In this document: in pieces, positions 27,797 to 40,500 of the stretch
How positions within the stretch are numbered: position 1 is the first letter of the stretch
Layout of the letters: the number at the start of each line of letters is the position of its first letter
Source of the DNA: Trichoplax adhaerens
Lineage: Eukaryota; Animalia; Placozoa
Assembly (NCBI RefSeq): GCF_000150275.1
Contig: NW_002060954.1
Span: 806,001-870,000 of the forward strand
DNA length: 64,000 nucleotides
Reading direction: 5' to 3'
Translations under genes and position numbers: made by a program
The notes under the pieces: model-generated
Databases searched by the model: none
The model's input: the letters and a program-made list of their open reading frames with translations, nothing else
Told to the model about the DNA's origin: nothing

Positions 27797-28073
27797 NNNN
27801 NNNNNNNNNNNNNNNNNNNNNNNNNNNNNNNNNNNNNNNNNNNNNNNNNNNNNNNNNNNNNNNNNNNNNNNNNNNNNNNNNNNNNNNNNNNNNNNNNNNN
27901 NNNNNNNNNNNNNNNNNNNNNNNNNNNNNNNNNNNNNNNNNNNNNNNNNNNNNNNNNNNNNNNNNNNNNNNNNNNNNNNNNNNNNNNNNNNNNNNNNNNN
28001 NNNNNNNNNNNNNNNNNNNNNNNNNNNNNNNNNNNNNNNNNNNNNNNNNNNNNNNNNNNNNNNNNNNNNNNNN
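27797..28073. other. Assembly gap (N run)
   Basis: Run of N bases directly abutting the inverted repeat. Confidence 1.
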
Positions 28074-28403
28074 TCGTCTTTAATCAGAACTAAGAGTGCA
28101 CAGTACACACAGTACAGTGTAAAGTACTGTACCCTCGGTGTACCGTACTGTAGGCCCAGCCATAATAACCCCGATTACTCAGACACTCAGGCTAAATAGC
28201 TTAAACGATGATACATCGATTCGATTTCGAATGAAATTTGAGGTACAGACTCTTAGAATAATGTATCATCGTTTCCGCTATTTAGGCTGAGTGTCTGAGT
28301 AATCGGGGTTATTATGGCTGGGCCTACAGTACGGTACACCGAGGGTACAGTACTTTACACTGTACTGTGTGTACTGTGCACTCTTAGTTCTGATTAAAGA
28401 CGA
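28074..28403. repeat. Long inverted repeat: 143-bp arms (28074-28216 and 28261-28403) with a 44-bp spacer
   Basis: The reverse complement of the left arm matches the right arm at 140/143 positions by manual comparison. All three mismatches lie near the loop. Confidence 0.93.
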
Positions 28404-28426
28404 CAAGACGGCTTAGAGGTGCGACC

Positions 28427-29992
28427 ATGGTATGCCCAAAATGTCAGTAAATCACTTACATTCTTGAGAATTGTTTCTTATCGCCGGCTATAAAATACAA
28501 ATAGAAGATACAATGGAAAAAAAAGTGTTCAATATTATCATATTACTAATTTGTACTCATTTTAATGTTACAGGTGAAAAAAAATTAGGTAAAGTTATCT
28601 GTCCTGATCCATGGAAATCAGGAGCTAGGAATACGGTTGGTGAGTGCTGATATATTCAAATTCACTTTCATCGTAGATAGCGACGGGTCGAGTCTAGATA
28701 CAGTGTGATTATCCTATGTTATTGAAGCTCTATATCAACGATTCAGTTCATTCTCTGATATCATAATATGGATTACTTTTTTACTGGTGATGTTCTTGTA
28801 TTGCTTTAGCTTTTCTATTTTATCATTACAGTATCTTATTTAGTTCTATAACAATTGATTACGATGATATCACAGTTTTAATTGGATTCTATTCTTCAAA
28901 CCAATTTCAAATTAAGATGGGGATAAGAGGAGAATCAACGAAAATAAGGCTTTAACTGCCAAAAAAAATAGGTTTGTGTAACTTTTAATTAATTATACGT
29001 GTAAATATATATACGATTAGTTTTATGCCTTTCGAATTTTAAAATTGCCTTGATACAGTGGTAACTACAGCTGTTTCAAGAAATTTTTTTGACAAAAGTT
29101 TTACTCTCTTAATGCAACAATTTCATACAAAATATATTGGACAATTTAATAAATTGTCCAATGAAGTTACAGACCATATCGGAGAGATCTACTAGTGACA
29201 TGTTGTTTTTATTGATATTCATTAAACTTATCTATGCTACAAACAAATACCTTAGCTGCAGCACGGAACTGTAGCTAAAACTGATGTACTGTATAAAATA
29301 ATCTAATAAACAATATATAAATAAAGTAAATAGGCTTATCTGTAGCTAATGCATAGCAGAATGAAATGGCCTATACAGTACTGTTGTTTGTTATAGGTTT
29401 TCGCCATATCAGAACTTTAAGAAGTGTAAAATCTGTAAGCAAACAGTCCATCAAATGCATTCTCATTATTGCCAAGGTAATTTACTCTTACGTCATGTAT
29501 TTAAAGATCTCGTACGATAGTTTGAGATACTGTATTATCTTCCAGTTGTTATACATAATTGGAGATACGATGACTACAGTACATGCAAGATGCATTTTAT
29601 ATTATGGATAAATATGACCTAATATAACTGACGTTGATATTCATACTTGCATATTCTCTGATTTATATAGGATGTGCTTACAAGTTGGGTAAGAAATACA
29701 ACCATTAATAGTTAACAACTAAGTGGTGACTTTTAATATATAAGATGGAATGTAGGACGCGAATAGTGGTGTCAATTGTTGCATATTTTGCATTTATTTA
29801 GTATCTGTTCTAACCTAGATTTTTATATATAGACCATAAGAAATTAATTCTATTTTAACTTCGGTTGCTATAAATGCCGACCCTTAAACTATTACTCTGT
29901 AATGATACATTTATTTGAATATTCCAGGAATTTGTGCTATGTGTGGCGTAAAGATGTTGGATACGAAGAGATATAGACAATCGACTACATAA
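28427..29992 (+). CDS. CRIPT: Cysteine-rich PDZ-binding protein, 6 small exons
   Basis: Absent from the ORF track. Spliced translation MVCPKCEKKLGKVICPDPWKSGARNT...RRINENKALTAKK...CKICKQTVHQMHSHYCQGCAYKLGICAMCGVKMLDTKRYRQSTT* closely follows CRIPT. Confidence 0.96.
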
Positions 29993-30169
29993 AAAATTAT
30001 TTATTATAATTAATATTAATGTACGAAACTGCTATCATTGACATGAATTAACTATAAAATACGTAATAAATGTTGAATGTAATGTATGATTTAACTATTC
30101 AAATATTTCTTAATTAGCTTAGCGTACATGCAATGCAACTGTATACTAGATACTGACAGTATTTGTTTA

Positions 30170-30383
30170 CAATTTTGTAACTCTGTATGAACTTCATCTG
30201 TGCAAGCTCTCCATAAAATTGGGTGATATGATAAAATAATTTCTATGCATCATGGTCTTACATGTATAAGATGAATAGTAGTCTGCATGTGTGCAATTTT
30301 GTAACTCTGTATGAACAATTGTGCAAGCTATTCCCATCGGATTAGGCGATAATTGTAAAATAATCTTTATATATCATGATTTT
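30170..30383. repeat. Degenerate ~124-bp tandem duplication between CRIPT and FIBP
   Basis: caattttgtaactctgtatgaac...tgtgcaagct...g(t/c)gata...taaaataat...atcatg occurs at ~30170 and ~30294. Confidence 0.8.
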
Positions 30384-31418
30384 GCGGCTATAGAATATGA
30401 AGTAGTTTAACTCAGCTAAAAATGATTAGTTATTATTATAGCATATTTTACTGTACTGTAATACATGCATTATTGCGAAATATTCATTCTGTATGTACTG
30501 TATGTTTATCGGCTTTTCCAAACATAAAAATATAATATTATATCTCAGAAATAAATACTAAATAATGAAATCTAAATCACTTGTAACATATATTTAATTC
30601 ATTTGATTTTTAGTTTTGTTACTGCGAAATTAAGTCGTTACCGTATATTAATGGATGTTATATAGTTGGATCTCGGTCCTGCCATTGGCTTGTAAATAGC
30701 ATGAAGACCTCAATTTACGCATATATCAAAACGCTACGTGTCATGTTAAGCCTAGAGCAAAAGCTGTATATTATTACTTCGTAAATACATTCCATTTGAT
30801 TATGGCAACTATGTGATCTTGTAGTATACGTACTTCTTGAATGCTGTATTCTGTCTCGGAGCCCTAAGTGCAAAATGATTTCAGTTCGATGTTTAGTATC
30901 TTGGAAAATTTGCTAATTCAAATATACCAATACATCAAATTTTTGCACGGTCATAACTATGCTATCTTAGACTATCAGTATACATCAGGTCTGTAATTAA
31001 GAACCTTGCAATGGTATTGAATATCGGCCTATAATAAAGTAATGTTATGCATAGTAACTCTAGCCGAAATTAATTGGATTATTAATTCATAAACTACTAT
31101 GCAGCAAAACATATATCGTTCGAGTCTTCTAGGCATTCATGGCTGCTATACAAAATCATGTAGTTCACTATCATGTATACTACACTGTATTCGTACTGTA
31201 TTAAATTGTAGCTTACAAAGTACGAGGACACTGCGCCTATTAAGTTAAATTAAATGGATCTAGCTGCCAGTACTCTATAGTGCACCCCTATTACAGACAG
31301 TAAGCTTCAGTAAACTACCTAAACGTATAGTATGACAACATTGATCAGATTTTGAAGACGCACTCCTAATGGCGGATAAAACGAAATTTATTTAAGCTGA
31401 TTTAAACCACAATCAGAA

Positions 31419-34400
31419 ATGTCTGCTTCGTGTATTGTAACGCAGCCTGTTATCATAGACTTTGATGTTTTCTCTCTGTGGCTCAAAGGCTATACAAGTT
31501 AGTTTGATAAAAAATACTGACTAGTATTGTTGGTGTTAATTTTGCCTTTCCGCAACGATCGAAGAAATCTCGATCAACACTACTGTAATTTATAAACGTA
31601 CAGACATAGAAAAACTGTAATTCACTTTACTTTATAGTTTAGTCCATTTCCCATTTTTATAACGTATTGCCTGTATATTATTTTTGATCGTGATATATTG
31701 GCGTATGAATCATTACGTATAGTTGACGATGAACATAGTAGAACAGTAGTAGGATATTGGATTGGCTTGGATTGGTGAATTAATTATAATAAATGATACA
31801 TGCATTTTACTGATGTAGAGATGTAGCGGTTAATACAAAGTACAGTATAATTTGACTTCTCCTAAAGCTTTTATAGTATTGTACGGATGCGGGTAAAATT
31901 TTAAATATCGGAAAAACAGTCAATAAATACTATGATATTTTGCAAACAACTACAAATTGAGACTCTAATTTTGAAAATTATACAGTATACCAATCACAGG
32001 TTAAAATTATTATTATTATCCACTTACGGCTCAATTAACATACATTGTAATTCTTTTGAAATCGACTTGCAGTCGATGAAACCGTCAAGCATCGACTGAA
32101 CAGAGAACAGGGATTAGCTAATAGATCTCAAGCTCGAATAGATCAAAAGCTAATTATTGCAGATACATTAGACTGCTATCGATTGTTCAATGTAATTGAG
32201 GACAAATATTTAAAAAATCCATCATCTCTGGCAAATCAAATAATGTTTGATTTGCCACCCGATATCCAAAACAAGCTCATACAAGAGTAAGTGAAATTGT
32301 AATCTGAGTTTTAAAGTTAAAACTTGTTCAACTTTTTACAAGCTGCTTAATGTAAGGTTAATTTGGAATGACTGCACTAATAATTAACTATCAATATAAG
32401 TTCTACGATACAGCAACTAAGTAGGCAATGCTAATATTATACCTTATACTCACATTACACGCTTTAGATACTACAGCTTCGACAAAGCATTCGCCCGAGA
32501 ATTACTTGGTAAGAAATTATCTTCACGTTTACGTAAAGATGTAGATGAAATTGGAGAGAAGGCCAGAGTTTTATCACGCAGTTGTCGACGACAAGTAAGT
32601 TGAAAACCAATACTTTCAACTGAATATATATATTGATTGTTAATAAGAAACGATTCACAAATGTAGCATGGAACTATTCTAAATGCCAAATATGAAGTGT
32701 AAGCGTATCTAGTAGAAAATTATTTTGCCTTGCACATGCAATTTATCCTTTAAATAAGTTTCTGGAACGATTTATTTTATTAATAACATAAAATATCTTT
32801 ACTGTACATTAAACTCGCACGCCTTATTAAATGGTGTAGGGTTATGAAATTCGATCGCTTCTAAACGCACAAACTATTAAATTGCGTTAATCGATCGTTG
32901 TAATATGGTAGTGAAATAATTACTAGTCAATTGTACAGTGTAAAGTTATTTTTGTACAACGGTCGATGTTGAGATCCTTCGAATATACAATAGTAACGAC
33001 TTTACTCGGATGCAAATGCACAGTAACTACCACTTTGAAAGTGCTATCATCAAGAATGTAGACAATGATGCCTGCTATAAATTATGCGTTGCAATACTTG
33101 AGGGTTATTGCCAAGTGTATTGTGGTATTCTGTTAGACAATAATTACTATTTCTACTAATGACTTAAATTCTTTCTCAGTTGGATAATTTTAGGAGAGTC
33201 TTTAAAGCGGTTGAAGATCTTGATGGCTCTCTGCCTGGCAACATTCAATCTCAATTCCTCTTATCTGATAAATTAACCAAGTTAGATCGTAAATTCTTAC
33301 ACATAAAAGTACAGTAGTTACTGTATAAAAATCTACGGTTTGATCTACAGCATCATGCCAATGCATTAAAATCGTGTTGTAACTTAATTAACTCTGAGGA
33401 ATTACCTTTTATTAGATTATATGTAAATGTAATTTTCATGGCCAGTAATAAATTTGAAACTGGGAAAAAAAGGTGCTGTAGTTTTATCTTTGCGGCCTAT
33501 TCTTTTTTTTAAAATACCATTGTGTGCAGTCTTTCTTTATTTAACACGTTTTTTCGCTATTTTAGGTTACAATATATAACATTTGATATGTTTATGGGAT
33601 GTTGTAAGGAAATAATTGAAAATTGGACCCTTAGCTTCAATAGTAATGATATATGAATAAAGTATAAAATACTTAAGAGCGATATCAAAATCGATTCAAT
33701 ATGAATAATTTCCCATTCATATATGAATTATATTAGAGGATGGTGATATAGAAATTGATAAGACGTTTATTCAAGATTTGCGTGATCTGAAGTCAGTAAC
33801 GAATGATAACATTGAGCAACATCGAACGTAAGTAAGCATTCTCGTAGATTGAACGCATCTAGAATTTTAGCTCAAGCCGTGTGCTTAAATCTAAAGACTA
33901 TTGCTAGCTAAATTAAGTGGAAAAGTAAAAGAAGATTCACTCCTATCAATCGGCTCACACTTCAAGGTTTCAATTTTTCAATAATTGCAATAAATTTATT
34001 ATAAATTCTACTAATAAATACATATTTTACTAGGCGATGATGAGAGCAACCCTAAATATCGCTACCGGATTAGTTCACAGTAAAGAATGGAAAGATATCT
34101 ATAATAACATGGTTGAAAAGGTCTGAATTTTTTGCATCTATAAGTCTTTGTTGATTGAAAATTACATGAAACTAAGTTTTTAACATGAGATAAAAATAAA
34201 ATATCACAGGTTATAGAAATACTGAGACATATGCGAATCGACCAAGAACAAAGCGAGTTAATCCTTAATGCATTTTCGGAAACAGCTGCTGATGTAACAC
34301 TGTGAGTTTATAAGCAATGAAAGTTTGACTATATCGATAGTTCGACTAATCAATGGTTAATTTTTATACATAGGTCAAAGCATTTATCTAACATCTATTA

Positions 34401-34449
34401 TCGATATCTAAAAGTTTTTGGATTTTGCTTAATTCAATTATACCCATAG
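31419..34449 (+). CDS. FIBP: Acidic FGF intracellular-binding protein, multi-exon
   Basis: Absent from the ORF track. Exons translate to [47 protein letters not shown]...[45 protein letters not shown] and [15 protein letters not shown]. Confidence 0.94.
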
Positions 34450-34518
34450 TATGATAATGCAGTTATACATAAATTATAAATACTTTATTCGTAAATGTGT
34501 ATAAAATGCAGAATTAGT

Positions 34519-37500
34519 TTAAGACGACGGTTCCATAGCATCCACTCCATGAAATTTCAGAAATTTCTAGATAAAAACAAAACATTTGTGAAAAATAAAT
34601 TAAAATGAAACTCGTAACACTGCAAATTGTGATTGATAGATTTTACCTTCAACAGATCTGTACCATTGGACGGAAGCGATCTGTTAATGTACTCTAAATA
34701 GTCGTTCTTGTCGCACCTGGAAGTATATGCACTAACCAATTGAATAGCTTCAGTAGTCCTGAAATAGCATACAGGTGTGAGATGTAATTATAGTATTATT
34801 ACTGGTTAAGTAAAAGAATTGCTTGCCTCCCGATTTCAACACTTTTTACTACTATAGCTTTAACATCACCACTTTCTAATAAGAAATCGATAAAGGAATC
34901 GAAATACTTCGTCCGATAAATTTCCTATAATGTTTAGTTAGTAAGGTAATACATTCACATGTTAATTAGCCGATAAGTCAGTTCGTAGTAAAGTTTGCAA
35001 TCACTGACACAGGAATTACCTCAAATAACTGATTTTCGTTGATGTAAGCAAATATTGTTCTTTGCAGCTGCAAAGTTATCATTATGTTTTTAGTAAAAAT
35101 TTTTGAATAACACTGTAGTATTTGTACATGTGGATACCTTGCCGATCTGGAGTGGAAAATTACTTGCATCCGATAATCCATCAAGAATTTGCATGCAATA
35201 CTTATCAAGTAATACCTGCGGTTTGAAAATGTAACGTAGCAGTGTATTAATAAAAGTTTATTAGTGGAAAAGTGTGGATAATCTTTCTTTACCTTTATTT
35301 TGATGTTTGTATGCTTGGACTTGGGCATAGTAATAATAGTATCGAGCGCTAAAGTATAACATCCAACTGATTCCAAGTCGGCGCTAAATTTTGTGAGATC
35401 AATTTCAGCTAATTGGGGGCACCTGAACATTTGCGAAATATCAATTGTTAACTTCGTTTTTTGGAAAGTAATCAATTTGTAACTTACCATTTCAGCAGTT
35501 GTGCTACACGTTCAAGTTCTTTTTTCTTCATATCGACATCTATAAATTAAATCACAAAAATGTAATTCTTAAAGTTGACATAATTATTATCGAAATGAAG
35601 CAACTATTACGAATAGCTCAACACAATATAAATTACCGTTTCCGACGTAGATATTTGCTATGACTACGGACCATACTTTTATTAAGCAATTTAGCTGTCG
35701 TAAGCAGGGAATTGTGGCTATTTCACAAATAGTATGCCGTAGTTTGTGAATCTAGATGATACGAATTACTATTATCAAAGCATGTTGGCAATATAAATAT
35801 AAATATTTACGCACTGTATGCACATATACAGTATATAAATTGCAAACCATGTTCAAGCCACACAGTTTAAGTAGTATGTTGTTCCAGATGACTTTATCAT
35901 AGACCTTATAGTCCAAACATAAATCTACTGCAAGTCCTATCATCTGGTAAAGACACGAAAATGTTCATTATAATCATTTATATCGGATTAAATCGCTATT
36001 CATCATTACTTTTAAAGTACCTTTGGCTCGTCGCTATAATTTCTCAAGATTCCTCTTATCAAACCGTCTTTGTCACACTTTCGAAATGCTTCCACTGAGT
36101 GAAGAATTTGATGCTCGTCGAGAGCAGCCATGTAAATCATTGATAATAAATCGGAACTAGAAAGAAGTGTAACCGTATTTAAAATTTTTATAAAGCCCGA
36201 TAGTATCGATCAAAATGAAACGCTTTGTAGCATAAAATCTGTATGCCTTATGTCCTTTATGGATTTTCCGGTAGTTTCTGCTATCTTGTCTGCCGAAGCG
36301 ATCGTTAGAAGAACTTGCAGTGCTCTTTTACGTTGTTCGAAAGTAGTCTTCGTAGATTTTTCCTAAAATAACATATATCATTTCATAGCTGCACCTTCAT
36401 TTCCTACTTTTTTAATTAAAGTCGAATACGAACTGATGTCGCAAAGGAGAATAAATATTCAATAGCTATCTTTTCATCAAAATTTTTCAGCATAAAGGTC
36501 AACCTGAAAACAAGTTTTATGAATATAAACTCTCCTCATTTATATCCAATATATATACAAAAAACCGTGCAGAAAATGTAAAACTAACTTTGCTAATGGT
36601 TCATCTTTAGAGTTGTTGTAATCAGTTTCGTCCTTCGATTAGAATATTAAAATCAAGTATAGGAAAATTAGTTATTAGTTTTGTGAACAATACGTATCAA
36701 CTGCTTTACCTCTGTATAAAACGTGGACTCATCAGGCACAGCCAGCCATCGCTAGTGATTGTTAATCGGAAAGCGAAAGGTTAGACTGATACAGAAGAAC
36801 TTTCTATTATTACTAGATAACTATAGAAATTACCTCGATTAGCTGCATTCTCATCTTAATAATGTCAATTCCGTTGATTTGAGCTATGGCTGAGGTGATA
36901 CCATGAATATCTACATGAATAATTAATTCCATTCGTGAGTTATATCCAATGACAGTAGTATTATACATAACTGATTACACATTTCTAGTCTAATAGATTA
37001 TTTTTACTGTACCAACAATTATTTTTCACATATGATAAATGTCATTTTAATTTTACCTGGAACTTTAGTTTCACGATCCTTAGTTAGAAGAGAAATACAT
37101 TGATGATTATACAATTCACGAATTAATTGTGATGGCTTATTTACGAGTGAATTGTATGGCTCGATGTCGAGCTTGGCAATACAAAGTTGATACCGAGTTG
37201 ATTCGTAGCACCATTTTTCCATCAATTTTGTGTTACTTAACTGGGCTTTTCTTTTCTCAACCTATCAACAGAATTAAAAACTGAAAATACCTTGCGATCG
37301 CTAATTCAATAATAACTCTGATATAAACCTTATCCTTCGTAGAAGCTTTCCATATTTCAGTTATCTTAACACAAAACTTCATTAACTTGATTTTCAAAGG
37401 TACTAATTACAAGTATTAAAAAATTTGTTTTTAAGTTTCATAGAACAATTATCGATTCATGCTTGTATTGCAATCCATACCTAAAGGAAGTTGCTTGATT

Positions 37501-40500
37501 ACGTTGTATGCAGTTGCAATTAGAACTTCATTAGATTCAATCTGTTGTAACAACTCTTCAATTTGTTCAGCAAAGTAGTGATTGTCGCTGTCCAATGTTA
37601 ATAAGGAGTCAGACGCCTTACTGATAGTATTTTGTATCCCATTAGCGAGCATTTGATCGGTAGACATCTGGGGAGTGCAAATAGAATGCTTGTAAGCGAA
37701 CAAAAATATATAGAGCCAGTTTGAAGCGCACTTACATTTAGAAGCTTTCCTATAGGTATGAGTTTGCCAATGGTACTATAATGTAATTCAGGAGCTGGAT
37801 AAAGGGATATCACAAAAGAGCAATTAGAAAGCACAGTAGCTTGTGTCGATTTATATTAGATTTATTAAGCATCACTAAGCTTACATATAATCTTCCACTG
37901 GTCTCCATACAAGAGCGGATGCAGAGGTAATCGTTGTCTGGCTAAAGGATCCAATACTAGACTGGTAATGTTATCAGATTCCTAAATAGAGTATTTATTT
38001 CCTCTGAGATCTTAAAATACGCGTTATCCCATATTACCCGTAACATTATAAAATGTATGCAAGCTTATTGAAGGACCTCTTTCATATAGGGGTATGTATA
38101 GGATGAGATAACTGGGCATTTAAATATTGGTTATTACAAACCTGAACCTGTCTGGAATCAGTATCCAAAGTAAATGATAATTCATATTGTGAAGGCTCAA
38201 ACGTGCGTTTGTATTCAATTAGATAATCAAGTAGTCTTTGTGCCTATTTTAAATAAAAGAAATGCTTTAATTCATTATTCGAAATAAAGGGAGTGTAGAA
38301 AGACTGCTCTATATGTCATCCTAACAAACCCTTCCAATATCAACCGCTTCAGTTTGACTACAGAACCGCGTTAGTAAAGCCAGAATAAATGTTGCATGTT
38401 CGTAATCATAAAAATTAAGCTAGAATTCGAAAAATAAAAGAGCTTAGACATCTAATATCGATAAATTTAGTATTCCGTAAAAGAACTTACTTTCTTGAAA
38501 ACTTCAATTAAAGTATTTGCGGCTGACTCAGAACTATCGATCTCTGATATGATGAGTTTTATTTGACTTTCATAAACTCGCCTTTGGCCACCAGTCATCC
38601 TTTCTTTCGTAGCAAAATTCGGCGATAAAACAATCTGTAAATATGAAAGCAAGGCTGGTTCGACGTCTAATTGGAAGTCTCTAGTAATTCATTTCGTAAA
38701 ATCAAGCAGTTACTAATAATAGTAAGGAAATATGAAAAATGAAGATTTTTGTACGGGCAGTCATTACCGACAGTACTGCAAAATAGTCGTCAGATCAGTG
38801 CTATTTTCAACTAGCTTAGTTAGTAGAGCCTCCTTTTCAAGTATATCTTTCTTCGAAATTCCTTTAGCCGGTATCTGATGTGTTTTTATGGCAACATAGT
38901 TTGTAAACGTAAAGGATTTGATTAATAATGTAAAGAATTTGATAAGGCACAAAACTATTCGTAATCCTTTCAGTCGAGATCGGATTTATCACTAATACTT
39001 ACTTTTAACTCTGAAAGCAACCGGCACCATTTTGCTTCCAGATAGAATCGTTTAAATACTAGTTTAGTGTCAGTTGGGCAGCTATAGAAGTTAGTAAATA
39101 AAATTCCAAGCACCGATACAACCTGTAATATAGCAAAGGATTATGAAATAGAAACACATGTATTCTATTGGTATTGCAATATACTAACACGTAATTTGCG
39201 GTAACTCCTTTCAACTGAGTCACAAAGTTCTTTTAACTTATTGCAAGCTATATTTGCGGGTAAACTTGTTGCATAGCTGAAAGCTAGTTCAATATCGTCG
39301 CTACAGCGGTAGCAGATCTAGAACACAAGTATAAATAAAAATTTCAGAAATAGTCAGTCATGTAACTTCATGGAGAGACCTAACCTTTCTTGTAAGAAAA
39401 AATGCAAAATCCAGTAATTTAGGACTGAATTCTTCGTTTATGTATTGGTCTAATAATTCAGAAAGGCTTCCTTTCACTTCCTATTTTAAAGATTTTCTCG
39501 GACTTAATTTACGAAACTTTGTAAAGCTCAGATATTACGGAAACATACCATGTTTTGAATGTGGCTATTAAGCGTTAAATGTTGCGCACACGCTTCTATA
39601 GTCTGGTTAATTTGATAATTAATCATTAGTATTTCCAGATGTCAATTTCTATAGTATATCTATAGAGTTCTAGCTTACCTGATTCGTCACCTGAAATGCT
39701 AAAGCCACTAGATTATTTTCTCTTAAATAATCTATTAAATTCTTTGATGCAGTGCACATTTTAGTGATAGAGTCGAAATGGAAAGTTTCCGTCAACGGAT
39801 CTAGTCATTATGAGCATTATTGCCCAATATACAGTGTGTTACTGAAAATTTCTGATCACTTTAACACTTATACATAAAATTAAAATTAGAAAGATTAAAA
39901 TAAAGGAAAATACCTAATCCATTCTGAAATTTTCCTTGAATGCGATCCTGATAATAATTTTTGCAGCCGCTTTCTGATAGAGGAAAATTTATAATGAATT
40001 TCAAATTAAGTCATCAATGTAATGCATGCTTTTCCGGTGTTAATATTACACCTTTACCTTCAATGGTAGGTATAACAGATATCATATAGCGAGCAAGCAT
40101 TGGAGCGACAATGGATGATTTAAGAACAAGACCATCATCAGTGAAGAACGGCATGAACAGTTGCCGTTTTGAGTCATGGTCACTCGAAGGATCCTAATAT
40201 TCGTATATCACAGTATAGTTAAAAATTAATTTTATGTTGTGTAAATTTATATAGTAAATGATGGCACCTCAAGGGATGATACTGATTCATTATCTTCACA
40301 TTGCTGAAGAATTATGCATAGTAATCGAGAAATTTTGCATAATTCCAAACAATCACAGACGAGATCTATAAAGTGAATCAGTAAAAAATTATCAAATCAA
40401 ACATTTTAACAAGAGAGTATATTTCGTATTACAAGAATCGCATTTAGCCAGTAGAGTTTGCAATGTTGAATGTAATTCATCCATCCATGTTACATTAGAT

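Noticed and set aside
27773-28108. ORFs of 104-111 aa on both strands
   Set aside because: They span the N gap and are artefacts.
34760-34830. GC-AG intron near the 3' end of KNTC1 (AG|GCAAGC on the minus strand)
   Set aside because: Plausible, but an in-frame GT donor 24 nt further on (44-nt intron) cannot be excluded without transcripts.
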